In this document: piece after piece, positions 10,885 to 20,380 of the stretch
Numbering within the stretch: the stretch's first letter is position 1
Layout: each line of letters starts with the position of its first letter
Source of the DNA: Candidatus Hermodarchaeota archaeon
GTDB taxonomy: Archaea; Asgardarchaeota; Lokiarchaeia; Sigyniarchaeales; SOKP01
Reading direction: 5' to 3'
Length of the DNA: 41,300 nt
NCBI GenBank assembly: GCA_048885525.1
Contig: JBHLLP010000005.1
Coordinates: forward strand, 78,345 to 119,644
Program-made: the position numbers and the translations under genes
Notes under the pieces: model-generated
Database searches by the model: none
What the model was told of the DNA's origin: nothing
The model's input: the letters and a program-made list of their open reading frames with translations, nothing else

Positions 10885-12633
10885 CTAAGCATAATTTTCT
10901 TTCACATAATTTTGGACTCTTTTGATTTCATCTAAATGAGTCTCTACTTTTCCAAAAATATAGAATCTAACCTCTGGACCTGTTCCGCTTGGTCTAAAAT
11001 AAAGAGTTGAATCATTACTTTTCAATTGATAAATATCAATCATGCCATTACTATCAGATAATGCTTGAATTTCATAATCTTTATCATAAATATTAATTTG
11101 TTTTCCATCATTTTTTTCAAAATGCTTCATAATTCTGATCTTCTCTTCATCAACTGCTGGAATTGTTTGATTTATTCCTTTTATGGACCAATCTATTGAT
11201 TCGGAAATGACATATCCTCTGGAAATAAGTTCAGTTATTAATACTAATGCAGGAACGGGGTATTTATCTGCGATAAGAGTAAAGTCAGTAGAAAAATCAT
11301 ATTCATTAGTTTCCTTATTTTTAGAGACATCCAATATATTAAGAGTGTGGCCTCCGCTTTCTTCCCAGTAAACCATTAAGAAAGATTCTTTTTCTAATTT
11401 TTGATTTTCCATTAATTTAATTATTTGTTGTCTGAGAGGCGCTGGATCATTAATTTTAATTAAATTTTTATTCTCATCCTCAAAATATAAAATTGCCGTG
11501 TCGATTTTTGATTGATCTACTTCAATACCGAGAAGAAAATACATAATCACTCCAAGGTGTTTATATCCAACCCCAGTTAAAATATTTAAAAAACAAGAGT
11601 GATCACCTCTCAAATCACTTGGGATTGTTCTTACATTTATAATTTTTTTATTAAACTCCTTTGCTAAAACGTTATGCATCGCAGAGTAGATTTCATTCGG
11701 TATATAGGTGAAATATTCTCCATTCTGCTTAATATACAATACAATTCTATCTCTATCAGCGTCTAATAGCAATGCAATATTTGAATTCGCTTGAGACATT
11801 ACATTTTGCAGTTTTGATTCGTGTATATTTTTTAATGGATTTGGAGGATTAAGTTCCTCATCAACAACAGTAATATTTGCTCCATATTTCTTAAAAAGAT
11901 TTACAATCCCTCTCGCTTTACCTAAATAAGGCCAAATTACTATATTCTTATTCTTTATACTTTTTATTTCTAAGACTTTTGATAACAAGCTAATTACGTA
12001 GTCATTATTCTTTTGCTCTGCTTCGAGATATATAGGAGTGAAGTCTGACTTAAATGAAATTTCTTTCACATCAAGTGCTTTTCTCGAAATGTCTTTAAGA
12101 AGATCTCCTGAGAGTGGTATAGGGTAATCTATATATAGCTTTATACCGTTCCAAGATAAATCATTATGGCTTGCAGTTAATACAATAACTAATTTTATAT
12201 CTTCATATAAAGCAACTGATGCGGCTCCATATGGAGAAGAAATCTTAGATTCTCCTGGATTATCTTTTTGATAATAAATCTTAAATCCTTCATAAGCAAA
12301 AATTTCAGAACTATATTTTAATAATAGATCTTTAGTAGGTCGGTCATCCGTAAAAATTAGAACTTTTAAATTTTGATTATTTTTCATTTGTTTGAATTTC
12401 TGACTAATAGCTTTAAACATCCTTAGAAATAGATAAAATTTCCTTATCGTTAAGAAATATTTTTCCTCTTCAGGTTTTTTAAGATCAAGAATTTGAATTC
12501 GTAATCCAGATGTAGGAGCAACAATCGGGTCAATAATAGTTTTTTCTTCCTCTGTTAATTCAGGTAATTCTAAAGATTTTATTCCTTCTTCTAACTTTTT
12601 AAATTGAATGTTCTCTATCTCAAAATCTATCAA
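10885..12633 (-). CDS. Alpha-D-phosphohexomutase (PMM/PGM family), divergent
   Basis: TSGLR, TASHN (phospho-Ser), DADRDR (metal loop), EESGG and FRPSGTGP motifs. Confidence 0.82.
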   Translation of the reverse strand: MIDFEIENIQFKKLEEGIKSLELPELTEEEKTIIDPIVAPTSGLRIQILDLKKPEEEKYFLTIRKFYLFLRMFKAISQKFKQMKNNQNLKVLIFTDDRPTKDLLLKYSSEIFAYEGFKIYYQKDNPGESKISSPYGAASVALYEDIKLVIVLTASHNDLSWNGIKLYIDYPIPLSGDLLKDISRKALDVKEISFKSDFTPIYLEAEQKNNDYVISLLSKVLEIKSIKNKNIVIWPYLGKARGIVNLFKKYGANITVVDEELNPPNPLKNIHESKLQNVMSQANSNIALLLDADRDRIVLYIKQNGEYFTYIPNEIYSAMHNVLAKEFNKKIINVRTIPSDLRGDHSCFLNILTGVGYKHLGVIMYFLLGIEVDQSKIDTAILYFEDENKNLIKINDPAPLRQQIIKLMENQKLEKESFLMVYWEESGGHTLNILDVSKNKETNEYDFSTDFTLIADKYPVPALVLITELISRGYVISESIDWSIKGINQTIPAVDEEKIRIMKHFEKNDGKQINIYDKDYEIQALSDSNGMIDIYQLKSNDSTLYFRPSGTGPEVRFYIFGKVETHLDEIKRVQNYVKENYA

Positions 12634-12684
12634 ATATCACACCCAAAATGGATTCTAATTATTTATTACATTTTTATTAAAAAT

Positions 12685-13554
12685 TTATGACATTTGTTTA
12701 ATAACTTCTTTCAAAATTGCTAAAATTTTTTCTCGATATATCGGTTCAATCGCGATCATTCCATAAGTTTTTATAACTCGCCTTTCACTAGATAGGATTC
12801 TTTCGCAAAATTCTGGTGTAAGTCTATTTGGTAAATCTTGTTTATTAGCAATCCCAATAACCAATTTGTCTTGATAAAATTTATCTAATATATCATGAAT
12901 TATTTCTTTTGAACTGTTAATATTTTCAAATGTTGAATCAGTAACGAGTAATGTTATATCTGTTCCTTGTAAAAGACTTTTCCATAACGATCTAAATTGA
13001 GCTTGCCCAGCAAAATCCCAAAGAGTTATAGATCTTTCAAATTCATCACCATCATAAGATGCGATATCTGCTGTAATTGTAGGAATATATTCAAGATCAA
13101 CATCTTTTCCACAAATTAACCTAGTTAAGGTGGTCTTCCCTACTCCACCAAACCCTATAATCGATATTTTTATTGCACCTAAAATAATGTTATCTAATTC
13201 GTGTTCAAATTCAGTAAAAAGGCTACGATTGCCTGCCCAGCTGTCGTTCTCAAGAATTTTACCATACTTATCTATAAATTTCGTTCTTATGCTTAATATC
13301 TTTGAATTTACAACTGAATCATCGTCCTCGAGATCCGTACAGACAACAATAATAATAGTGTCAATGATAGTATAATAATATTTGAAATCCTCAGTTTGTG
13401 TACTTTTAATATCACTTTGACTAATTTCCTTCATAAATCCTGAAAAGGCACTTAAAAAACCTGCTAATAAATCCCTATCAACTTCAGAGCTTCCATAGTT
13501 TCTGAATAATATCGATTTGCCGTCTCTAGTTAAAACATTTATATATTGAATCAT
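12685..13554 (-). CDS. Longin-like domain fused to a small GTPase (Arf/Rag-like)
   Basis: N-terminal about 125 aa with longin pattern (YINVLTRDGKSILFRNY..DLLAGFLSAF..IIVVCTD); GFGGVGKT, YIPT, WDFAGQ and ANKQD motifs. Confidence 0.82.
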   Translation of the reverse strand: MIQYINVLTRDGKSILFRNYGSSEVDRDLLAGFLSAFSGFMKEISQSDIKSTQTEDFKYYYTIIDTIIIVVCTDLEDDDSVVNSKILSIRTKFIDKYGKILENDSWAGNRSLFTEFEHELDNIILGAIKISIIGFGGVGKTTLTRLICGKDVDLEYIPTITADIASYDGDEFERSITLWDFAGQAQFRSLWKSLLQGTDITLLVTDSTFENINSSKEIIHDILDKFYQDKLVIGIANKQDLPNRLTPEFCERILSSERRVIKTYGMIAIEPIYREKILAILKEVIKQMS

Positions 13555-13824
13555 ATGGTGGATGAAATTTATTTCAATATAACTGAATATTTACTATTAA
13601 AAATAAAAAAAACATAAATATTTGTTTTTAGGACTACTTAATGCAAAAAAACTAACCAATAAAATTTTGAAAAAAGTGATTTTCATTTAATTTTTGTTAA
13701 GAAGTTTTTTATAAGAGCATAATAATTAATTAAATAAGATTTTTTTATGAAAAATAATTCTTAAAGGAGATATATATTTCCAAATTGAAGGATCTCGTTA
13801 TAATTATTGAAAAGAGGATAACTG

Positions 13825-14424
13825 ATGGTAGATACAGATAAAGTAGATACAAATGACATTATTAACTTCATTCAAGAAGCGAATGAAAAAATAGATAAAT
13901 TTACTTCAATTCTAGAAAAATTTGGTCTTGATATTATTACAAAAATGGGGCAAACCAATACAAAAGTAAATATGCTTACTGATAAAATCAATGAGTTAAG
14001 CAAAGCAACACTAGACATTAAAGCATTAACACCTCAATTAACAAATGTTATTGAAAATCAAAAAATCTTAGAAGCAGAACTTGACTTAATTAGGTCTTTA
14101 ATTCAAAGATCGGATATATCTTTTCACTCCAGAGAAGCTCAAGGTGAAGAAGTTGAGCGGGATGTATCTGCTACAAATAAAAAAGAATCAATTGTAGAGC
14201 AATTCAATATTCTAAAGAATGAGCTAGATGATATTAAGGACCCCGAGACAGTTATTGAACAACTTGAGAAAATAAAAGAAGATATTTTTATCTTTAAAGG
14301 AGGCCATAGAATTCTTTATGAAATCTCACAATTTATAAAGATGATATTAGATAAAGAGGTTTTATTAGAGGCTAATAAAGAATCATTAAAAGAAAAGATT
14401 GTCTTCTGGACAAATAAACTCTAA
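13825..14424 (+). CDS. Hypothetical coiled-coil protein
   Basis: Long heptad-rich helix in the N-terminal half; SD-like GAGGA upstream; transcribed divergently from the longin-GTPase. Confidence 0.7.
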   Translation: MVDTDKVDTNDIINFIQEANEKIDKFTSILEKFGLDIITKMGQTNTKVNMLTDKINELSKATLDIKALTPQLTNVIENQKILEAELDLIRSLIQRSDISFHSREAQGEEVERDVSATNKKESIVEQFNILKNELDDIKDPETVIEQLEKIKEDIFIFKGGHRILYEISQFIKMILDKEVLLEANKESLKEKIVFWTNKL

Positions 14425-14439
14425 ACACATAGTATTTGT

Positions 14440-14850
14440 TTATGGGTCATATTCATCAGGATCTCCTCCGTCTTCAAGATATTCAACAAAATTTTTCAAT
14501 CCCCTTAATAGAACCATAATAGCCCGCTGTAATAGTTTTTCATGCTCTGCAATCTTACAATCAACCCAATAAGATAAATCGGTCATATTACCTTTTTCTT
14601 TTAAAATGTAACCATATCTATTAATATCGGGATGCTCTATTTTTACTGAGATCTTTTTATTTTCCATTTGGTCTGTAATGGCATGGGTAAAATCTCCAGT
14701 AGTCGATTTTACAGAACCCTTATCCGGTCCAAGTCTTGAGATTTCTTTAACTGTCATATTCCATTTAGAGATAAATATTGGATCTCTTATAGCTTCCCAA
14801 ACCCTCTTAGAAGGAGCTCTAATTTCCACATTAGTCTCAATCTTTGTCTT
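14440..14850 (-). CDS. SRPBCC/START-like lipid-binding protein (ORF track starts it at GTG 14829)
   Basis: TKIETNVEIRAPSKRVWEAI.D....KW N-terminal motif and C-terminal helix LRGLKNFVE; SD GAGGTGAT at 14854-14861 precedes an in-frame AAG at 14848-14850. Confidence 0.7.
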   Translation of the reverse strand, partial: KTKIETNVEIRAPSKRVWEAIRDPIFISKWNMTVKEISRLGPDKGSVKSTTGDFTHAITDQMENKKISVKIEHPDINRYGYILKEKGNMTDLSYWVDCKIAEHEKLLQRAIMVLLRGLKNFVEYLEDGGDPDEYDP

Positions 14851-14875
14851 ATAATCACCTCACAAATTTTTGAAC

Positions 14876-14892
14876 TATCTTAAGATATCTTA
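14876..14892. promoter_or_regulatory. Overlapping 12-bp palindromes, possible operator
   Basis: TATCTTAAGATA (14876-14887) and TAAGATATCTTA (14881-14892) lie between a minus-strand TATAAAAA and the SRPBCC SD. Confidence 0.3.
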
Positions 14893-14979
14893 GTTTTTAT
14901 ACATTTGTGTCAAAGAAAAAAATTCATGGAAAAAAAGCTTCAAAAACATATAAAAGTAGAATGTGAAAAATTGTAAATA

Positions 14980-15570
14980 TTATTCTTCTAATTTTGAACG
15001 CAAGGTAAGTTTAGCCATCTGTTCAAAAATTAAGTTAACATTTTTACCTGTTATTGCCGATGTTTCAAAAAAGGGCGCATCAATTTTTTCACTTAGATGC
15101 TCTGCCATGGGTAAAATAATCTTTCGCTCTTCATTCAAATCTATTTTATTACCGATTAAAATACGTGGAATTCCTGAAAGACCATATTTCACACTTGTGC
15201 TAAACCAATTGTTTATATTCGAAAAAGAGCTAGAACGTGTAATGTCATAAACCAACATCATCCCATCAGCACCGTTGAAATATGGTCGATGTAACATATA
15301 GAATTGCGGTTGACCAGCAATATCCCATACCATCAAATTAACTGTGATATCCTTACCAAGATCATCCTTTATTGTGACTGGTTCCTTGGTGATGTTAACT
15401 CCTACAGTTGGCACGTATTCGTAGTTGAATTTCTCACCACAGAAATTTGTTAAAAGGCTTGTTTTACCGACAGCGGGGTCTCCTATAACTATAATTTTGA
15501 AGATCATCTCAGTTCGTCCTTGAAACACTAATTTTCCTTTTTCATTTTCTTCTGTCATGATTTTTCTCAA
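14980..15570 (-). CDS. Rab-like small GTPase
   Basis: GDPAVGKTS, YVPTVGV, WDIAGQ, YFNGADG, LVYDIT (RabF5), GNKID and ETSA motifs; no C-terminal Cys for prenylation; probable start is the ATG at 15558. Confidence 0.9.
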   Translation of the reverse strand: MRKIMTEENEKGKLVFQGRTEMIFKIIVIGDPAVGKTSLLTNFCGEKFNYEYVPTVGVNITKEPVTIKDDLGKDITVNLMVWDIAGQPQFYMLHRPYFNGADGMMLVYDITRSSSFSNINNWFSTSVKYGLSGIPRILIGNKIDLNEERKIILPMAEHLSEKIDAPFFETSAITGKNVNLIFEQMAKLTLRSKLEE

Positions 15571-15637
15571 GTATCTTTTTGAAATTTTTCAGTATTTAAT
15601 TTAATTAATTAATGAGTTTCGAATATAAAAATTTTAA

Positions 15638-16183
15638 TCATTCTTTTTTAAGTTGAATTCGTTTTTTTATTTCAAATTTTGAAGTTTTGCTTTTCTCACG
15701 GGATATAAAAAATATCTCATCTAATAAAAAATTAATTTCTTGCCAATTATCCTGTAAATTTTTAGTTATTTCTAAAAGTAATTTTTTACCTTTAATTTGA
15801 CCAACACTTAAGTGGGGTTTAAATCCCTTTTTATATTTATTTACGTCGTTGCAGTCTGGTACTAAATTAAGAATTATTGTTTGTAGATCTTTAATTAGAG
15901 TTGAGGGCTCTGGATTTAGCCATAACGTATATCTTTGACGTCCATGGTTAAAATAATTAAATTGTTTCAAATAGATTTCAAAAGGCTTAATAGAATTACA
16001 TTTTTCTGAAAATTCTTTTTCAAGTGTTGAATAATCATCTTCAGGTCTAAATGGATATAGTAAAGTTATGTGTGGCATCCATCTATTAATGTTTCGGTCA
16101 TAATTTTCACGAATTTCTTGAATTGGCCCCCAAATCTCTTTTGGAGGGACAATAACTACAGCAGAGGTATAAACTTTACTCAT
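15638..16183 (-). CDS. 2H phosphoesterase / 2'-5' RNA ligase family protein
   Basis: Two HxT/S motifs: PHITLLYPF and PHLSVGQ. Confidence 0.85.
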   Translation of the reverse strand: MSKVYTSAVVIVPPKEIWGPIQEIRENYDRNINRWMPHITLLYPFRPEDDYSTLEKEFSEKCNSIKPFEIYLKQFNYFNHGRQRYTLWLNPEPSTLIKDLQTIILNLVPDCNDVNKYKKGFKPHLSVGQIKGKKLLLEITKNLQDNWQEINFLLDEIFFISREKSKTSKFEIKKRIQLKKE

Positions 16184-16201
16184 TATAACTTATTTTTTTC
16201 C

Positions 16202-16260
16202 AAATCTTTATAAGTTTAAGTTAGGATTGTTTCAAATAGAACTTAAACTTTATTAGATTT
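16202..16260. repeat. Inverted repeat (11-bp perfect arms plus 6-bp outer arms)
   Basis: AAGTTTAAGTT 16212-16222 pairs with AACTTAAACTT 16240-16250; AAATCT 16202-16207 pairs with AGATTT 16255-16260. Confidence 0.6.
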
Positions 16261-16717
16261 ATGGTTTTATTTTTAAGAAAGCTTTATAATCCTTTTTTAG
16301 AACCTTTCTAGTAGTATTTTTAGCTCCACAGTGTTCACAATTTTCTAAAAAGTTATAAGAAAACATCTTACAGTTGTCACAAAAGAATGGAAATGCTTTT
16401 GAGAACATTCTTTTTGTTATTTTTTTTTTATAACGATAAATATCTGTTTTTAATACTTCTTGAAGTTGTATAAGCTTTTGAATTTTATCAATTGTTTCCT
16501 TTTTCTTTCCAAAAATATAACATAATCCGAGAACCATCATAGTTATCCCAATAAGATTAAATAGAATGAAAATGTAAAGAAGTGAACTGAGGAAACTTCC
16601 AACTAAAATGGCGCAGGGAAACGTAATAAGAAAGAAACCAAAACCAGTTAGTAAGTATATTATCCCGGTTATGAACCTTCTATATTCACTCAACTTTTTT
16701 TTCAATGGAGATATCAT
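16259..16717 (-). CDS. Two-TM protein with C-terminal zinc ribbon
   Basis: Two hydrophobic helices followed by CDNC...CEHCG. Confidence 0.7.
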   Translation of the reverse strand: MISPLKKKLSEYRRFITGIIYLLTGFGFFLITFPCAILVGSFLSSLLYIFILFNLIGITMMVLGLCYIFGKKKETIDKIQKLIQLQEVLKTDIYRYKKKITKRMFSKAFPFFCDNCKMFSYNFLENCEHCGAKNTTRKVLKKDYKAFLKIKP

Positions 16718-17015
16718 ATGCTTAGCGTTAGTAAATTTGTGGTAGTGGAGATATTTTTTGTAACATTTATATCACTTATTTTTAAATCTTTCACATTATA
16801 TTTTGACAAAACAAAATATTAGGACCAATAGTATTGTTTCCTATTTATCTTCTAATGGAACTATTACAACGGTAGAAAAATAAGATTAACTCATAACTAA
16901 ATTATTATCATTATAATTAAAGAATCCTTTCTTAATTATATGTTCAAGAATGTAAAAACTTATATCATTTAAAAATGAATATTTAAGAAAAGGTAAATCT
17001 AAAGAAGGAAATCCA

Positions 17016-18278
17016 ATGATTTCAGATTTTGATAGATATTTAGAAAAATATGCAGAAGTAATTGTAAAAGTCGCACTTAATCTGCAACCCGGTCAACGTT
17101 TGCTGATTGGTGCCCCTGCCTATGATACTTTGGGAGTGCCCATTGAATTAGCTGCTCTAATAAGGGTAATCACTAAAAAAGCTTACCAAACAGGAGCTAG
17201 GTTTGTTGATGTAATGTGGGAAGATAATCAACTCAGCCTTCTTCGTTTTCAGTACGCACCAAGAGATTCTTTTGAAGAATATCCTAACTGGCGATCTGAC
17301 AACGCTGTTGAAATTGCCAAAGCTAGGGATGCATTACTATGGGTCGTTTCTTTCAATCCCGATTTATTAAGAGGATAGGATCCAAATCTAATTACTAAAT
17401 TCCTTGATGTAGGCTTAAACCGTTATAAACCACTGTTGGATCTCCGACATAAACTTGTAATGAATCACACAATTATCGCCCCACCACTTTCTGGATGGAC
17501 TGATAAAGTATTTCCCAATCTCCCGAAAAATAAACGAATTGAGAAATTTTGGGATACAATCTTTGAAATATGCCGAGTCAAAGATGAAGACCCTATTGCC
17601 ACTTGGGAAGAACATATTAGGCAACTCAGTGCCAGAAGTAAGTATTTAAATCAAAAGAAGTATGTTTCATTGAAATTGGATGGTCCTGGAACAGATCTTA
17701 CAATTGGATTACCAAAAGGTCATTTATGGGGGAGTGCAAGATTTAGAACTCAAGGTGGTATTGATTTTGTAGGAAATATCCCTACTGAGGAAGTATTTTC
17801 TATTCCAGATAAAGAAAAAACAGAAGGAGTCGTAACTGCTACAAAGCCTAAATATATCGAAGTTTTACTTGAGGATTTTAAATTCACTTTTTCGAAAGGA
17901 AGAGTTGTAAAAGCAACTGCAAAGAATGGTGAAGAATTTCTGAATAAATACCTTAAAATTGATGAAGGTGCATCTCGATTAGGTGAAGTAGCTCTGGTTC
18001 CACATAGTTCACCAATTTCACAGTCCGGATTACTCTTTTACAATACTTTAATTGATGAAAATGCATCGTGCCATCTCGCTCTAGGGCAATGTTTAAGGAT
18101 GTGTATAAAAGATGGTGAAAAAATGTCTGATGATGAACTCTCGGCTGCAGGGGGTAATACAAGCGGCATTCATCTTGATTTTATGATCGGATCAGATAAA
18201 ATGAATGTTGATGGTGTATTAAAAAATGAAAAAACTGAACCGATAATGAGGAATGGTGAATGGGCTTTTAAGGTGTGA
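17016..18278 (+). pseudogene. M29 aminopeptidase (AmpS/AmpT) interrupted by in-frame TAG at 17376-17378
   Basis: ORFs 17016-17378 and 17436-18278 share one frame and only the TAG separates them (PDLLRG*DPNLI); LEKYA, NIPTEEVF, LGEVAL, DENASCHLALG and IHLDFM motifs. Confidence 0.8.
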
Positions 18279-18365
18279 GTTATTGTGATAACATTAGATA
18301 TTAAAATTTCAATAAAATAAAATACTAAATTTTATTTTTCTCAAAAATTATTCTTATTTTGACTT

Positions 18366-18872
18366 ATGAAGATAAAACAACGGCATTTTATACGAAAATC
18401 CGAATTAAAACCCTTAAAAGATGAAATTCTAAAACAATATGATGAAAAATTTGTTGAACAAATATTTCCTCAAAAGAGTAATGTAGAGCTCATTCAAACA
18501 GAAGCAGGAGATACGTTATATGCAATAAATAATGTATTAAAACTCTTTAAATCAAAGGATGGATATATTCCTGTTTTAACTTTGTTGTTAAATAATCAAG
18601 TTGATTTGAAAACAATTGTTGTTGATTTTGGAGCGATTCGATATGTTGCAAATGGAGCAGATGTAATGCGTCCTGGAATAACTAAGATAGATCCTTCGAT
18701 ACTAAAGGGAGATATCGTAGCAATTATAGAAGAAACGAGGAATAGAGCTTTAGCAGTTGGAAAAGCATTGTTTAACGCTCCTGAAATGGAATTAAAAAGC
18801 TCTGGAAAAGTAGTAAAGAATCTTCACACAATCCAAGATTCTATTTGGGAATTTGAAAAAGAGTTTAAGTAA
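18366..18872 (+). CDS. PUA-domain RNA-binding protein (DUF1947, MCT-1/Tma20-like)
   Basis: VVDFGAIRYVANGADVMRPGI, LAVG and GKVVKNLH..D.IW motifs. Confidence 0.9.
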   Translation: MKIKQRHFIRKSELKPLKDEILKQYDEKFVEQIFPQKSNVELIQTEAGDTLYAINNVLKLFKSKDGYIPVLTLLLNNQVDLKTIVVDFGAIRYVANGADVMRPGITKIDPSILKGDIVAIIEETRNRALAVGKALFNAPEMELKSSGKVVKNLHTIQDSIWEFEKEFK

Positions 18873-19185
18873 ATTCTTCTTTTAAAATTGATCCAAGTAG
18901 AGTTTTATCTGACTCTGGTAATTCATCTATAGAATAACTTTCTCTTTCATAAGAGTCCAGTAGGGCTCCACACTGTTTAAACTTGCTTAAATTAATTATA
19001 ATCTTCAAACCTTCTTCTACAATTTTTTTGTCTTCGAATTCATCTGTAGCACACATTAATTTAATGATTGAATTAGCTTTCCATAATTCATTTTCATAGA
19101 ACTGATTGTCCATACCTAAAAATTCTTCAAAAATTTCTGTGAAAAACTCTACTTCAGCGATCAATTTTAGCTTATACCACCTCAA
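18865..19185 (-). CDS. Hypothetical acidic protein
   Basis: 106-aa ORF converging on the PUA gene; a GAGGTG SD near the 5' end suggests the true start is the TTG a few codons downstream. Confidence 0.6.
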   Translation of the reverse strand: MRWYKLKLIAEVEFFTEIFEEFLGMDNQFYENELWKANSIIKLMCATDEFEDKKIVEEGLKIIINLSKFKQCGALLDSYERESYSIDELPESDKTLLGSILKEEFT

Positions 19186-19534
19186 CCCTTACGTGCTGAA
19201 AAATACACATTTCTCCCTTGCAATTGCAAATATATATTATTCCATTAATATATTTTAATCCACTTATTTTAGATATTTTCCGTTATGATAATACTAACAT
19301 CTAGAAATTGGAGTCTAATGTACGAAATGGATCCTTTAATCATATTTTTTATTCGAAATAGTTAATTCTTTTGATTTTTTTTTCCGATTTAGGATAAAAT
19401 TATTAATTTCTTTGATTGTTAGCTTTTACAAATATCTAAAATTATAAGATTAATTTGAGACCCAATAAATTAAAACTCGAATAATATCTACGTATCTATA
19501 TATAGTTTAAATTAAGTTGTGATTTAAAGTTATT

Positions 19535-20326
19535 ATGAGTGATCAAGAATTAATTCTATATGAAGTGAAAGGGCGCATTGCTATAATTACAATAAATAGA
19601 CCGGATAAGGCAAATGCATGCAACATTCCAATGTTAAAATCGATACATCAAAATTTAATTAATGCTGACAATGATGAGAAGGTTAAATGTATTTTAATTA
19701 AGAGTATGGGGCAAAGATTTTTCTCGGCGGGTTATGATCTTAAAGAGATTCAAGGCTCTCCTGAAAAAGTGGCACAGATAACTGAATGGGGTAGGAAAGT
19801 CAATGAAACGATTGTTCTTATGAAAAAACCAATAATTACCCAAATTCAAGGCATTGCTATAGGTTTTGGTGTTATGGTGATTATGGCTTCTGATTTAAGG
19901 GTTTTTGCAGATAGACCCATTGATGAATTATATTTGAGATTGCCAGAACTCGCAATTTCTGCTTTTCCTCAAACGGGAGCTACTCTTTTACCCTTATTAG
20001 GATTAGGATTAACCTATGCAAAGAATCTCCTTTTTACCACAGATAAATTTGGAGTAGAACAATTAAAGAATATTAATTTTCCTGCAAGAATCTTCCCACT
20101 TGATCAACTTGAAACTGAGACTTTTAGTTTTGCTAAACAGATTGTTAAATATCAAACAGAATTTATCTTTTTTACAAAAACTATGCTAACTATTATGAAT
20201 AAAGTTTATCTAAAGTCTTGTTTCGATTTGGAAGATGAATGTGGGAAAGCCGCTTATGATACAAAGAAAAAGACAAACAAAGAACTAGACGATTTTATAG
20301 GGGGCTTACATGAAAAATACCCTTAA
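19535..20326 (+). CDS. Enoyl-CoA hydratase/isomerase (crotonase) family protein
   Basis: ITINRPDKANA, FSAGYDL, KPIITQIQGIAIGFG, ASDLR and LPE motifs; the first catalytic Glu is absent. Confidence 0.88.
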   Translation: MSDQELILYEVKGRIAIITINRPDKANACNIPMLKSIHQNLINADNDEKVKCILIKSMGQRFFSAGYDLKEIQGSPEKVAQITEWGRKVNETIVLMKKPIITQIQGIAIGFGVMVIMASDLRVFADRPIDELYLRLPELAISAFPQTGATLLPLLGLGLTYAKNLLFTTDKFGVEQLKNINFPARIFPLDQLETETFSFAKQIVKYQTEFIFFTKTMLTIMNKVYLKSCFDLEDECGKAAYDTKKKTNKELDDFIGGLHEKYP

Positions 20327-20380
20327 ATAGAAATTCAAAAATATATAAGATTTATTTATTATCGAAAGATTTATACACTT

